64,000 bases of DNA, taken from sequence record OR637327.1; one strand, 5' to 3'. The notes below the pieces were generated by a model that was not told the DNA's origin, ran no database searches, and worked only from the letters and a program-made list of their open reading frames with translations. Below, piece after piece: positions 1-8,649 of the stretch (positions within the stretch are counted from its first letter, which is position 1; each line of letters starts with the position of its first letter). A program made the position numbers and the translations under genes. Origin of the DNA: Klebsiella phage iPHaGe-KPN-11i.

Positions 1-909
1 GATGATCATATCCAGACATGCACCGTCTTCATCTTCCAGCATAGTACCTTTCAGACGTTCAGCAGGTTTGAATTTGTTCACAGTTGGGTCAACAACATAC
101 TGGAACACATACGCGCCTTTACGCATGAATACGTGACGGTAGAAGTGAACTTTATAGTGTCCAACATCAACAATAACATCGTTACCGCTAACCTTCGCAC
201 CCAGGATACGGGCAAAGGATGTCATGTAGTCCGCGCGTTTGAACTTGAGATCCTTCTTAGTCGGGCTAAAGATGGATTCCAGTTTCTTAGTAGGGAACAG
301 GCTTTCCGGCGTGATTTTGTCTGGGTTCTTGCCCCATTGGTAATCACGGCTTGCCATTTTGTGTTTCTTCGTACCAACCAGAACCAGAGTATTAACTGAT
401 ACGTTACCCAGTGCGGACGCGTCCGGCGCTGCTAAACCTTGACCGTTCGGCGGTTGACAAGAGAAAGAGAAGTCAAAGAACGCATCACCAGAGGTGAAAC
501 GATATGTCGCGTGAACAGTATGACCGCGAACTTCGCTGATTGACTGAGTATAGGTTGTTGGTTGTCCGGTGAATTTCGTGAAGTATTCCGCGAACTCTTG
601 CGCGTTGAATTTCGTGCTGAAATAGTTTTTCGCAACCACGAAATACGCTGCAAATTTTTCTTCCCATGCTTTTTTGTTTGCTGCGTGTTCTGCGCGAACA
701 TCACTGTAAGTTTTACCAGCGCTGTTTGTTTTGGTTACAACGTCATACGCCTGGTTGATTTTCTGCATGAGTTCAGTGCTACCACCACGGTCGGGGTGAT
801 TGCGCAGAGAAGCACGTTTAAAGAGCTTTGACAGTTCAGCTTTAGATTCGTCGCCAGTAGCGCCCAAAATCTTCAATGCTTCGCTGTGTGACATTTGTTC
901 GTTAATCAT
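1..909 (-). CDS. J-domain (DnaJ-like) protein, N-terminal 303 aa; ORF continues past window start
   Basis: Own reverse-strand translation from ATG at 909: MINEQMSHSEALKILG...KLFKRASLRNHPDRGGSTELMQKINQAYDVV, i.e. helix II, HPD tripeptide and helix III of a J-domain. No stop codon down to position 1. Absent from the ORF track because no stop lies inside the window. Confidence 0.6.
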   Translation of the reverse strand, partial: MINEQMSHSEALKILGATGDESKAELSKLFKRASLRNHPDRGGSTELMQKINQAYDVVTKTNSAGKTYSDVRAEHAANKKAWEEKFAAYFVVAKNYFSTKFNAQEFAEYFTKFTGQPTTYTQSISEVRGHTVHATYRFTSGDAFFDFSFSCQPPNGQGLAAPDASALGNVSVNTLVLVGTKKHKMASRDYQWGKNPDKITPESLFPTKKLESIFSPTKKDLKFKRADYMTSFARILGAKVSGNDVIVDVGHYKVHFYRHVFMRKGAYVFQYVVDPTVNKFKPAERLKGTMLEDEDGACLDMII

Positions 910-1007
910 TTTCCGTTCCTCAAAATAAAAGCCCATGTAACTCAGTACACGGGCAACTTTAAGGTATTTATGTTTTGCTGTCAATAGATTTTTTCGAAAG
1001 ATAAGAA

Positions 1008-1027
1008 AAAGCCCCCGAAGGGGCTTT
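1008..1027 (-). terminator. intrinsic terminator after the Cys-rich gene
   Basis: Minus-strand AAAGCCCCTTCGGGGGCTTT followed by TTCTT. Confidence 0.55.
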
Positions 1028-1063
1028 AGTTATGAATTTTCTTCCACTGATTCTGTTGCGCAA

Positions 1064-1870
1064 CTACTTTTTGAAAGTTTTTGTGATGAACATGATGGTG
1101 CTTAAATGTTCAGGTGCTACGGTTTCAGTGTATCCATCTTTCATCTGGGTTTTGGATACATAACCAGTTTTACCAGATAATTGTTTCTTGATCTCTTTCT
1201 CGATCTCTAAAGGAATATTACCATCTTCGAAATGAAATTCTTCAAACAATTCATGAGTAAAACGAGATTTATTAATCTGTCGTTTCATTCGAAATTCTAC
1301 AGTGTTATTAGTGATCCCGAACTTGATCGCGTAAAGAGCACTATTTTTAAATAATTTCTGAACATAGAAATTACCTGGTTTATTTGGACGATAGCCATAC
1401 ACACAACAATCACAACAACGAGTTCCACTATTAACAAAATTATTATATGACATAGAATTGTTATGTCCTTTTGGACAAGTAAAACTAAATTTAGATTCAA
1501 TTCCATTATAACCATCATCAAATTTTATATTGGTATAGTCAGGTGCAACTTTTTTGATATTATCAACTGCTTGTTTTTCTGTATGTCTGCGATTTGCTAC
1601 ACATTTTTTACACCGCTGACCATAGTTAAAAAACTTAAAATAACTCATGAAATGGCTATGTCCTTTTGGACAAATGAAGTTAAATTTAGTGTGATTGCCT
1701 TTCCAGGGTAATATCCATCCATTAAATATAAACCCTTCTTTTTTACATAAATACAACAAATTTTCTTCAAAGAAAGAAGGATGTTTTGCTGCCCCGCGTT
1801 TTACGAAAGGAATATCTTTAGCCATTACCAGTTTTACAGAATCTTCACAATTACCGCACATCACATTCAT
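1064..1870 (-). CDS. Cys-rich zinc-ribbon repeat protein with a C-terminal GIY-YIG-superfamily (T5orf172-like) nuclease domain
   Basis: Two repeats of CPKGH..MSY..F.N.G.RC..C plus an N-terminal CGNC. C-terminal GNFYVQKLFKNSALYAIKFGITNNTVEFRMKRQIN fits the GIY...YIG/Arg pattern. The ORF track starts at a TTG (1882); the ATG at 1870 or 1861 is the likelier start. A PeSL promoter lies immediately upstream. Confidence 0.5.
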   Translation of the reverse strand: MNVMCGNCEDSVKLVMAKDIPFVKRGAAKHPSFFEENLLYLCKKEGFIFNGWILPWKGNHTKFNFICPKGHSHFMSYFKFFNYGQRCKKCVANRRHTEKQAVDNIKKVAPDYTNIKFDDGYNGIESKFSFTCPKGHNNSMSYNNFVNSGTRCCDCCVYGYRPNKPGNFYVQKLFKNSALYAIKFGITNNTVEFRMKRQINKSRFTHELFEEFHFEDGNIPLEIEKEIKKQLSGKTGYVSKTQMKDGYTETVAPEHLSTIMFITKTFKK

Positions 1871-1899
1871 CCTTTTGTCCAATTCGTTTCGATGTGTGT

Positions 1900-1928
1900 A
1901 ATATACAAAAACCCCTCACATAATGCAA
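1900..1928 (-). promoter_or_regulatory. PeSL-like element (minus strand) TTGCAT-N17-TATATT in a hairpin, followed by the TCGAAACGAA leader
   Basis: Minus strand: AAAAACCCCTTGCATTATGTGAGGGGTTTTTGTATATTACACACATCGAAACGAA. Confidence 0.55.
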
Positions 1929-1948
1929 GGGGTTTTTGAAAAATTTAA

Positions 1949-2146
1949 TCAACTGGCGAAAATTTCTTCGAGAAACCAGACAGTAGATTTGTTGTTTTTT
2001 ACTCGCGTAAGCTCTAACTGATTGTCTTTAAAGGCTTCTTCGACATCAACCATAGTAACAACGTGCTTTTCGTTGGTGATGTGATTATGAAGATAGTAAC
2101 GCCGGATTTCCGGCGTTGTCAGTAAGGTAAATTCGCGTTCTAGCAT
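1949..2146 (-). CDS. hypothetical protein (65 aa)
   Basis: ORF directly downstream of gp46 on the same strand, overlapping it by 7 nt. Confidence 0.4.
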   Translation of the reverse strand: MLEREFTLLTTPEIRRYYLHNHITNEKHVVTMVDVEEAFKDNQLELTRVKNNKSTVWFLEEIFAS

Positions 2147-3831
2147 TTTCGGATCTCCATCTTCGAGAAGCGCCCCAATTTAGCCATGACGATATGACGA
2201 TCGAAATCACCAGGGTCTAAATCGTTGTGGCTAATCACCATGATATTACCATCAATACCATTCAGAACAGCCCCTACAGCAAACGCACCTTCCTTATCGA
2301 GAGCGTTATCAAAAACTTCGTCCAGAATCAGCAGAGACAGATCCACGCCTGATACTTTACTTGTCACGTCACGCCATGTGAACAGAATAGACAAGTTGAT
2401 GCGAGCGCGTTCGCCTTGACTGAATGACGCATAACTGAAATCATCGCGCCCCAGTGATTTGATCGATTCGTTGAACTCGTCATCTAAAGTGAACTGATAA
2501 TCCGCACCCAACAGATCCAGATAATATGCTATCTGTTTGTTGAAGTACGGAATATAGCGCTTAACAATGCTGGCCTTAACGCCGGAATCTTTCAACATAT
2601 CAGTAACAATACCACGAATGTATTTTTCCTTGACGTAGCCTTGTCGTTTTTCGTTCAGTTCTGCTTCCTGCTGTTGCAACTGCTTCACGGGTTCTTCATC
2701 AATGACTACTTCCGCGCTTGCCTGTTCCATGATCGCCTGTGCTCGTTTAGCGTTGGCAACTTCGTTTTGCAGTGTACCTTTCAGGGCTTCATATTTGGTT
2801 TTCAGGGCATTGAGTGCGCGTTGCTGTTGAAGCAAGTCATTCATGATCCCTTGTAACTCGTCTTGTTTGGTTTTGATCAGGGTTAAACGCTGTGTACCCG
2901 CTTTGATGTTCTCTGCGATCTCCGCCATACGCTCAGGAGTGGGTTTAATCGCTTGCTTACAGGCCGGACACTCACCGCCTTTCTGATACATCACCTCCAG
3001 CTTTTTAAACTGTTCTACAGTCATTGAAAGCCGCGAATAACCATCACGGAGTTTGTTGATATCTTCCGTCCGGTCTTCTCCAGCGATCACCGATTCCGCA
3101 ATCTCCGCTTGCAACTGCATAAGCTGTGCTTTGATGTTCTTTGCGGTTTCTACGTGACTATCGTAGATCTCTTTGTATCGGGCGTTGTTCTGGTTCGCTT
3201 TCGCTCGCTGTTCGTCAATGAAGCGCTGATGTGTTGCGATCTGCTGCTGGATGTGATTACCCTGCATTGAGAGCGTATCCAACTGCTGATTAACACCGCG
3301 AATGTATGACTTGTTCAGCTTATCCATTTCACTGATGACGGACAGAGACAGCAAATCTTCAACCAGTTTCCGGCGTTCTGGGGTTTTCAGTTCCATGAAT
3401 GGGGTGTAACCCGCTGTACCCAGAACGATAACCTGTTTGAAGCCCACAAGGTTGATGTTCAGCATAGATTCAAGCTGTGCCTGATAATCACCTGCTGCGG
3501 AGTCTTCCGGCAACTTCTCACCGTTCTTCCAGATCTCGAACACCTTCGGCTTTTGTCCGCGCACCACTTTGTACGAGTCTTTCCCGTATTCGATTTCCAG
3601 TTCAACCAGGCATTTCTTTTTGTTGACGCTGTTCACCAACTGCCCGACTTTTAGATCGCGGAATGACTTACCGAACAGGGCATAGGTTAACGCCTCGATC
3701 AGTGTCGATTTACCGCCACCGTTTTTCCCCGTGATCAGGGTTTTCTTTGCTGTATCAAATTCCAGTTCGATCGGGGTATTCCCGACCGACAGAATATTTT
3801 GATACTTAATTTTTTTGAAGTTTAGTTTCAT
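2140..3831 (-). CDS. 46: recombination endonuclease subunit gp46 (Rad50/SbcC-like ATPase)
   Basis: N-terminal Walker A GKNGGGKST, long coiled-coil middle, CxxC zinc hook (GGECPACKQ), C-terminal LLILDEVFDNALD. Length of 563 aa matches T4 gp46. Confidence 0.93.
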   Translation of the reverse strand: MKLNFKKIKYQNILSVGNTPIELEFDTAKKTLITGKNGGGKSTLIEALTYALFGKSFRDLKVGQLVNSVNKKKCLVELEIEYGKDSYKVVRGQKPKVFEIWKNGEKLPEDSAAGDYQAQLESMLNINLVGFKQVIVLGTAGYTPFMELKTPERRKLVEDLLSLSVISEMDKLNKSYIRGVNQQLDTLSMQGNHIQQQIATHQRFIDEQRAKANQNNARYKEIYDSHVETAKNIKAQLMQLQAEIAESVIAGEDRTEDINKLRDGYSRLSMTVEQFKKLEVMYQKGGECPACKQAIKPTPERMAEIAENIKAGTQRLTLIKTKQDELQGIMNDLLQQQRALNALKTKYEALKGTLQNEVANAKRAQAIMEQASAEVVIDEEPVKQLQQQEAELNEKRQGYVKEKYIRGIVTDMLKDSGVKASIVKRYIPYFNKQIAYYLDLLGADYQFTLDDEFNESIKSLGRDDFSYASFSQGERARINLSILFTWRDVTSKVSGVDLSLLILDEVFDNALDKEGAFAVGAVLNGIDGNIMVISHNDLDPGDFDRHIVMAKLGRFSKMEIRKC

Positions 3832-4096
3832 TTAAAATCCGTTCACATAATTCAGTGATCATTTGAACAACTGATGAATCAATACTATATGATAGCGTAT
3901 CATCTTCCAGTGTATCAAGCATGAAGATTGACCATGTTCTTGATGAATGCCATGCACCCTTCATGATGGTCAAACAAACTGCGCTGGTTTCCCCTGCTTC
4001 GTCGGATGTGGAAATGATGTGCTTCATTCCCAACATACGCAACAGGTGAGAATATCGGGGGTTCGCCCCGAAATATTCATCATAACGGCTATGCAC
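3806..4096 (-). CDS. hypothetical protein (96 aa) between 47 and 46
   Basis: ORF overlapping the gp47 stop and the gp46 start on the same strand. No recognisable motif. Confidence 0.35.
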   Translation of the reverse strand: MHSRYDEYFGANPRYSHLLRMLGMKHIISTSDEAGETSAVCLTIMKGAWHSSRTWSIFMLDTLEDDTLSYSIDSSVVQMITELCERILNETKLQKN

Positions 4097-5108
4097 TTGA
4101 CACCTCCGCGTATAGTTCGCTAATCAGCTTATTCACTTCCTCTTTTTCATCGTCGGTGATCTGCATGTTGGCGATATACTCAGTGATAAGCCCACGAACG
4201 GTTTTGATTTCAAAGTCGGTATCGACATCTGAATCTGTTTTAACTTTGTCTATGATGTTGATTTCATAGGCAATTTCTTCGATTTTGGTTTGGAACTTTG
4301 CAAGCCCCTGATCAATTTCACTAACAATCAGACGCACCGCGCAGTTGCGGAACTGTTCAAGATCAACATCTTTCTGTGCTGGATACATGATCCGGCGATG
4401 GTGGCACACAGGGTTAGCGATGAAAGTCAATTCAGGCTTGCCCGTAAACACATAGAAACCGCGTGTTTCGTCTTCGTCGTTCGCGCTCATAGTCAGAGGC
4501 GTACCGATGTAAAACACGTTGTCACCTTCGTTAGCGTGGTGATAGTGTCCAGAGTAAACACGATCGTACTTCTTCAAGAAATCAGGTTCCAGCCCATGAT
4601 CGGCTTTGCTGTTCTTGTAGAAATAGTAACCAGACAGTTCGAAGTGTCCCAAACAAAAGTTAGCTTTCGATTGTTTGATGTAGTCAAAAATACGCTGGCT
4701 GTTTTCCTGACAAATCCACGGGATTAGGTCAATCGAATTTCCGCCACCTAAATCAACCGTGGTCGGTTCGTCGATGACATTAAAGCATTCGTATTGACTT
4801 AGTATCTCGCGTGGCGCGTTGGGGCGTATTTTGTCCTTAAATTGGCAATCGTGGTTGCCGACAAGAACATCCAGAGTGATCCCCGCCTCAATCAGAAGAG
4901 GAACCAGCTTTTCACGAACAAAATTCATTGTCGTTTGTGTGGTTGCTTTTCGAACGTCGAAGAAGTCGCCAGCATGGAAGCCGCGCGTGATCCCGTGTTC
5001 TTTGCAATACTCGACGATCTGTTTGAATACCGCATACAGGTTTTCTTCGTTCCAGGGGTTATCCTGGCGAAGTCCGGCATGGGTATCCCCAATTAAAACA
5101 TAGTTCAT
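4089..5108 (-). CDS. 47: recombination nuclease subunit gp47 (Mre11/SbcD-like phosphoesterase)
   Basis: MNYVLIGDTHAG, GDFFD, GNHDC and GHxH phosphoesterase motifs. 339 aa, identical in length to T4 gp47, with clear colinear similarity. Confidence 0.93.
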   Translation of the reverse strand: MNYVLIGDTHAGLRQDNPWNEENLYAVFKQIVEYCKEHGITRGFHAGDFFDVRKATTQTTMNFVREKLVPLLIEAGITLDVLVGNHDCQFKDKIRPNAPREILSQYECFNVIDEPTTVDLGGGNSIDLIPWICQENSQRIFDYIKQSKANFCLGHFELSGYYFYKNSKADHGLEPDFLKKYDRVYSGHYHHANEGDNVFYIGTPLTMSANDEDETRGFYVFTGKPELTFIANPVCHHRRIMYPAQKDVDLEQFRNCAVRLIVSEIDQGLAKFQTKIEEIAYEINIIDKVKTDSDVDTDFEIKTVRGLITEYIANMQITDDEKEEVNKLISELYAEVSSA

Positions 5109-5133
5109 ATAAACCTCAAACCCCCGAAGGGGT

Positions 5134-5478
5134 TTATTTGCCGTATTTTTCAGAAGCCATGATGAACAGGTCTTTCAACTGCTGGTTCGAAGTGATCCAC
5201 ATCGTTTCAATCAGTTCATCGTTGTATGGTTGCTTGAGCATATCACGCATCTTTTTGATCGCGTATACGTACTGCTCTTTGTTACCTTCGAAGAGTGCGT
5301 TCTCTGCGTGTTTATGCAGTCGCTTCCATTCCGCCTTGTTCTTCCGCATGAACTTTTGCGCTTTGCGTAGGGCTTCCTGTTCAATGCGTGTACCCTTGAT
5401 GGAGTCCAGTTCTTCTTCACGAAGATCCAGCGCTGATTTTTGGTGTACTTCGTCGATTACTTCATGCTGCACGTTCAT
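5134..5478 (-). CDS. hypothetical protein (114 aa)
   Basis: ORF between 55 and 47, where T4 carries alpha-gt and small ORFs. Charged, helical composition. Confidence 0.45.
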   Translation of the reverse strand: MNVQHEVIDEVHQKSALDLREEELDSIKGTRIEQEALRKAQKFMRKNKAEWKRLHKHAENALFEGNKEQYVYAIKKMRDMLKQPYNDELIETMWITSNQQLKDLFIMASEKYGK

Positions 5479-5689
5479 AGTAAGTGATCTCCATGATCAT
5501 TGTTTCGGCGTTTATTACATAGTCCAGACGACCTTCTGTTATCTGGAAGTCTGGATCTCGTACATCTGTAGGGTCGATGATAATCGGAACCCCGACGTTC
5601 TGCAACTCTAATTTCACAAGGTAAGGAAGCAGATCAATTTCGTCGTTAGCATCTGCTAAAATTTTGTTCAGATCAATTTTAATTTTCAT
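5462..5689 (-). CDS. hypothetical protein (75 aa)
   Basis: ORF overlapping the gp55 stop by 4 nt (ATGA). Confidence 0.4.
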   Translation of the reverse strand: MKIKIDLNKILADANDEIDLLPYLVKLELQNVGVPIIIDPTDVRDPDFQITEGRLDYVINAETMIMEITYYERAA

Positions 5690-6201
5690 AGAAACATTTC
5701 CAATGTTGGCGATTCGTCCACAACCTCGATTTTATCTTTGGGTTTTTTCGCGGACTCTTCATACTGATTAAGTTTGTCATGGATATCCTGAATGAAAGTT
5801 TCATCGGCTATCGTGGTCATATCAGTATCATCGCTGTCATAGACATGTTCCAGGAAGTATTTGTATTTCTTCGCGTTCTCTTTCTTCTCGTAGAGAATAC
5901 GAGTTACAAACGCTTGCCAGCAAGCCTTGTTGATGTAACCGTAGACGTTTGTATATTTGGTTTCGTCAAAGTTATGAAGGCCGGAAATCGTTGCCGAAAT
6001 TCCATCGTCGATCATATCCATTTTCCAGTCTTCGGAATAACGGTTGAAGTTGTATCGACGTGCCAAACCGTGAGCAATGTTCATAATCGCAATACCGAGT
6101 TCATCCGGCATCTTACGATCACCAGTTTCACGGATTTGCTGTTTCCACTTACACATAACTGGATACAGCTTATCATTATCTGCATAAATCTTTGTAGTCA
6201 T
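5686..6201 (-). CDS. 55: late-transcription sigma factor gp55
   Basis: Start MTTKIYADN at 6201. [64 protein letters not shown] is near-colinear with T4 gp55 ([48 protein letters not shown]). Confidence 0.9.
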   Translation of the reverse strand: [171 protein letters not shown]

Positions 6202-6463
6202 TATATTCTCCAAATTGAATACATTCATTATAGCCGATTGAATCAGGTGTTTCAAACCTACTTCCAATCTATATTATTTAATAAAATCAGCGAGAAGCGC
6301 TTCCGTGAGCGAAGCGAAACGGATAGTTAAACTGGTTAAAAAGTAAACGAAAAACTACATTTTTCTCTATATATAAAATATAAAAATTTAAAAGTGTAGT
6401 TATGTAGTTAGACACTCACTTCGTTCGTGTCCTTCGCTTCGCTCAGATTTTTGAAATGATCTA

Positions 6464-6491
6464 TTGACTTTGAAAAAGTGATCACTATAAT
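6464..6491 (+). promoter_or_regulatory. sigma70-type early promoter TTGACT-N16-TATAAT driving the rnh to 32 operon
   Basis: TTGACT at 6464-6469 and TATAAT at 6486-6491, about 30 nt upstream of the rnh SD/ATG. Confidence 0.6.
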
Positions 6492-6522
6492 CAGTTTCAT
6501 TCAACAACAACGAGGTATTGAA

Positions 6523-7458
6523 ATGTCTTCATTTGCAAGTATGTTCAACCTGAACAGCTTAATGAGCAATGACGATGATCCTGTTGATGTGATGTGTATA
6601 GATATTTCAAACCTTTCGGTAGCAACGTTGATGAACAACTTCAAGCCGAAAGACCAGAATGACATCAACCAACAAATTGTTCGTCACATAGTGCTTGACA
6701 CCATTCGTCACAATGTGGTTAAATTCAAAGGCGAGTACCCTGAAATTGTTCTAGCCTTTGATGATAACAAGTATTGGCGCAGAAGTAAAGCCTGGTACTA
6801 CAAAAAGAAACGAAAAATGGAACAAGAAGCATCGGATTGGGACTGGGATCGTCTGAATGGTTTCCTTCACCCGACATACGATGAAATCCGTGCTAATCTA
6901 CCGTACAAAGGTATCCGCGTTGACTTCGCAGAAGCCGATGACGTGATCGGTGTAGTGACGCGTAAAGCGGTATCCGAAGGTAAACGTGTCCTGATCGTTT
7001 CTGCTGATGGTGACTTTGCAGCCCTTCAAAAATATCAGGGTGTGCGTCAGTGGTCGCCAACCCAAAAGAAATGGGTTACACCGAAATATGGTTCACCGCG
7101 TAACGATTTGCGCATGAAGATCATTAAGGGCGATAAAAAAGATAGTATCGCTTGCATTAAAATGCGAAATGACTATATTGTTACGAAGGTTGAAGGAGAA
7201 CGCGCCCCACAAATCAGGGCTGCTGAACTCGAAGCCTGGCTGGAAGCGGACGATCCGACCGTTGGTATGCCCGAAGAGTGGGCGATCCGTTACAGAGAAA
7301 ACGAAGAACTTCGCGACTTTGATTTTATTCCGAAAGATGTTGCAACGGCAATCGAAGAAGCGTATAATGCTCCAAAAATCGGGAACAAAGCAAAAATGGA
7401 GAAATACTTCATGGAATGCAAACTTACCCGTATGTATGAAAAACTAAGTGACTTTTGA
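6523..7458 (+). CDS. rnh: RNase H / FEN-1-like 5'-3' exonuclease
   Basis: DPVDVMCIDISNLSVATLMNNF...YWRRSKAWYYKKKR...WDWDR...LIVSADGDFAALQKYQGVRQWSP...IKGDKKDSIA is colinear with T4 RNase H. ATG at 6523 is preferred (SD GAGGT); the ORF track's GTG at 6478 sits in the promoter -10 box. Confidence 0.9.
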   Translation: MSSFASMFNLNSLMSNDDDPVDVMCIDISNLSVATLMNNFKPKDQNDINQQIVRHIVLDTIRHNVVKFKGEYPEIVLAFDDNKYWRRSKAWYYKKKRKMEQEASDWDWDRLNGFLHPTYDEIRANLPYKGIRVDFAEADDVIGVVTRKAVSEGKRVLIVSADGDFAALQKYQGVRQWSPTQKKWVTPKYGSPRNDLRMKIIKGDKKDSIACIKMRNDYIVTKVEGERAPQIRAAELEAWLEADDPTVGMPEEWAIRYRENEELRDFDFIPKDVATAIEEAYNAPKIGNKAKMEKYFMECKLTRMYEKLSDF

Positions 7459-7467
7459 GGTAACAAA

Positions 7468-7731
7468 ATGAGTGTAGAATTACTGCAAGAAAACCCAGAC
7501 ATCGCTAAAGCGGTTAAAGAACTGATCAAAGAAGCGTCGAACGTGAAAACTCAGATCGAACATTTCCAGGGTTCTTTCAAAGACATCAAATCCAAAGCAA
7601 AAACGGATTATGGTATCGACGGTAAAACCTTCGGCAAGCTGTTCAAACTGTATCACGAACAGGCACGTACCGCGTTCGAAGAACAGAACAACGAACTTAT
7701 CGAACTGTACGATGTGATCGATAAGGCGTAA
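7468..7731 (+). CDS. dsbA: dsDNA-binding late transcription enhancer DsbA-like protein
   Basis: 87 aa, lysine-rich helical, at the T4 dsbA position between rnh and 33. Confidence 0.6.
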   Translation: MSVELLQENPDIAKAVKELIKEASNVKTQIEHFQGSFKDIKSKAKTDYGIDGKTFGKLFKLYHEQARTAFEEQNNELIELYDVIDKA

Positions 7732-7732
7732 T

Positions 7733-7984
7733 ATGAGCGAAATCGGAAACAAAACCGAAGTCGGCTTGTATATCGAAAATCTGGTTGCCTCTGAGGGGGC
7801 AACCTACATGGAAGCTACGTTACAATGGATGGACGAAAACAGCATTGATTATGCTATGCTGTCCAAAACCGTACCGAAAGCGATCATCGACAAGATTAGC
7901 GACGAAGCCATTAAAAACAATCTGCTGCGTCCTTCTGTGGCTAAAGACCACGCGACGACGCAAACACTGGATGATTTCATGTGA
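7733..7984 (+). CDS. 33: late transcription co-activator gp33
   Basis: C-terminus IIDKISDEAIKNNLLRPSVAKDHATTQTLDDFM matches the T4 gp33 C-terminus (IIEKIQSEAIDENLLRPSVVRCEKTNTLDFLL). Confidence 0.85.
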   Translation: MSEIGNKTEVGLYIENLVASEGATYMEATLQWMDENSIDYAMLSKTVPKAIIDKISDEAIKNNLLRPSVAKDHATTQTLDDFM

Positions 7985-8646
7985 AATTTAAAACCCCGTT
8001 TGACAGTTCAGACGCTAATTCCCGTTTGAAACCGATCGCGGTATACAAACTGTATCTGGTGATGAAAAATCACTTTGCTGGGAAGTATGACGCGATCAAG
8101 TACAAATGGGAAATAAAGATCACTGAAAAAGCGTTCGAAAAGAGAAGAGATAAGTATTTTTTCAAAAAGTTAGCCGAAAGGTTTACATTTAAAGAAATAT
8201 ATCTTATACTTCTCTCCAACATGGTAGCTAACCCCGACTTCTGGGTCGGGGATGTAGACGAAGATACGATCGTGTTTTATCGTCAATACATAGGCAAGTT
8301 GAGGCGAATTGATAATATTTTCGTGGACGATGTAAAAAACCTGTATGAATTTTCCCGCATGAAAGGTATTCCCCTCTCAACGGTGTTTCAGTATAGCGTC
8401 AAATCATCAACCTCGTATATCAGCAAACTCGTACAGTCTGGGGTGATTTCTTATGAATCATTCTTGATCCTCGACTCGTTTTTAGACATCATAAATAAAC
8501 ACGATGAAATCGCAACGGATTTCGTCTGGAATGAATTTAGTAAAAAACTAAACGCATACAGAAAATTAGTTGAAATCAGTAACGAAGAAATCGTAAAATA
8601 CCGAAACTTAATGAAACAAACTTTAATTAACTTAAACGAGAAATAA
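7981..8646 (+). CDS. 59: helicase-loading protein gp59
   Basis: VYKLYLVMKNHFAGKYDAIKYKWEIKITEKAFEKRRDKYFFKKLAE...LILDSFLDIINKHDE is colinear with T4 gp59. GTG start overlapping the gp33 stop (ATGTGA). Confidence 0.88.
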   Translation: MKFKTPFDSSDANSRLKPIAVYKLYLVMKNHFAGKYDAIKYKWEIKITEKAFEKRRDKYFFKKLAERFTFKEIYLILLSNMVANPDFWVGDVDEDTIVFYRQYIGKLRRIDNIFVDDVKNLYEFSRMKGIPLSTVFQYSVKSSTSYISKLVQSGVISYESFLILDSFLDIINKHDEIATDFVWNEFSKKLNAYRKLVEISNEEIVKYRNLMKQTLINLNEK

Positions 8647-8649
8647 CAT

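Noticed and set aside
432-704. Minus-strand ORFs 432-704 and 485-667, and plus-strand ORFs 133-399 and 562-831
   Set aside because: All overlap, out of frame or antisense, the uninterrupted J-domain reading frame that I translated manually from 909 to 1.
5779-6330. 183-aa plus-strand ORF overlapping gene 55 and the 55/rnh intergenic region
   Set aside because: Antisense to gp55 (a strong homologue). It runs into the AT-rich non-coding region and has no SD.
6478-6522. ORF-track start codons at 6478 (rnh), 9975 (45), 30902 (39), 37184 (rIIB), 19400 and 1882
   Set aside because: These are GTG or TTG codons reported as M. In each case an ATG with a proper SD lies slightly downstream (6523, 9981, 30908, 37193, 19436, 1870) and matches the homologue's N-terminus.
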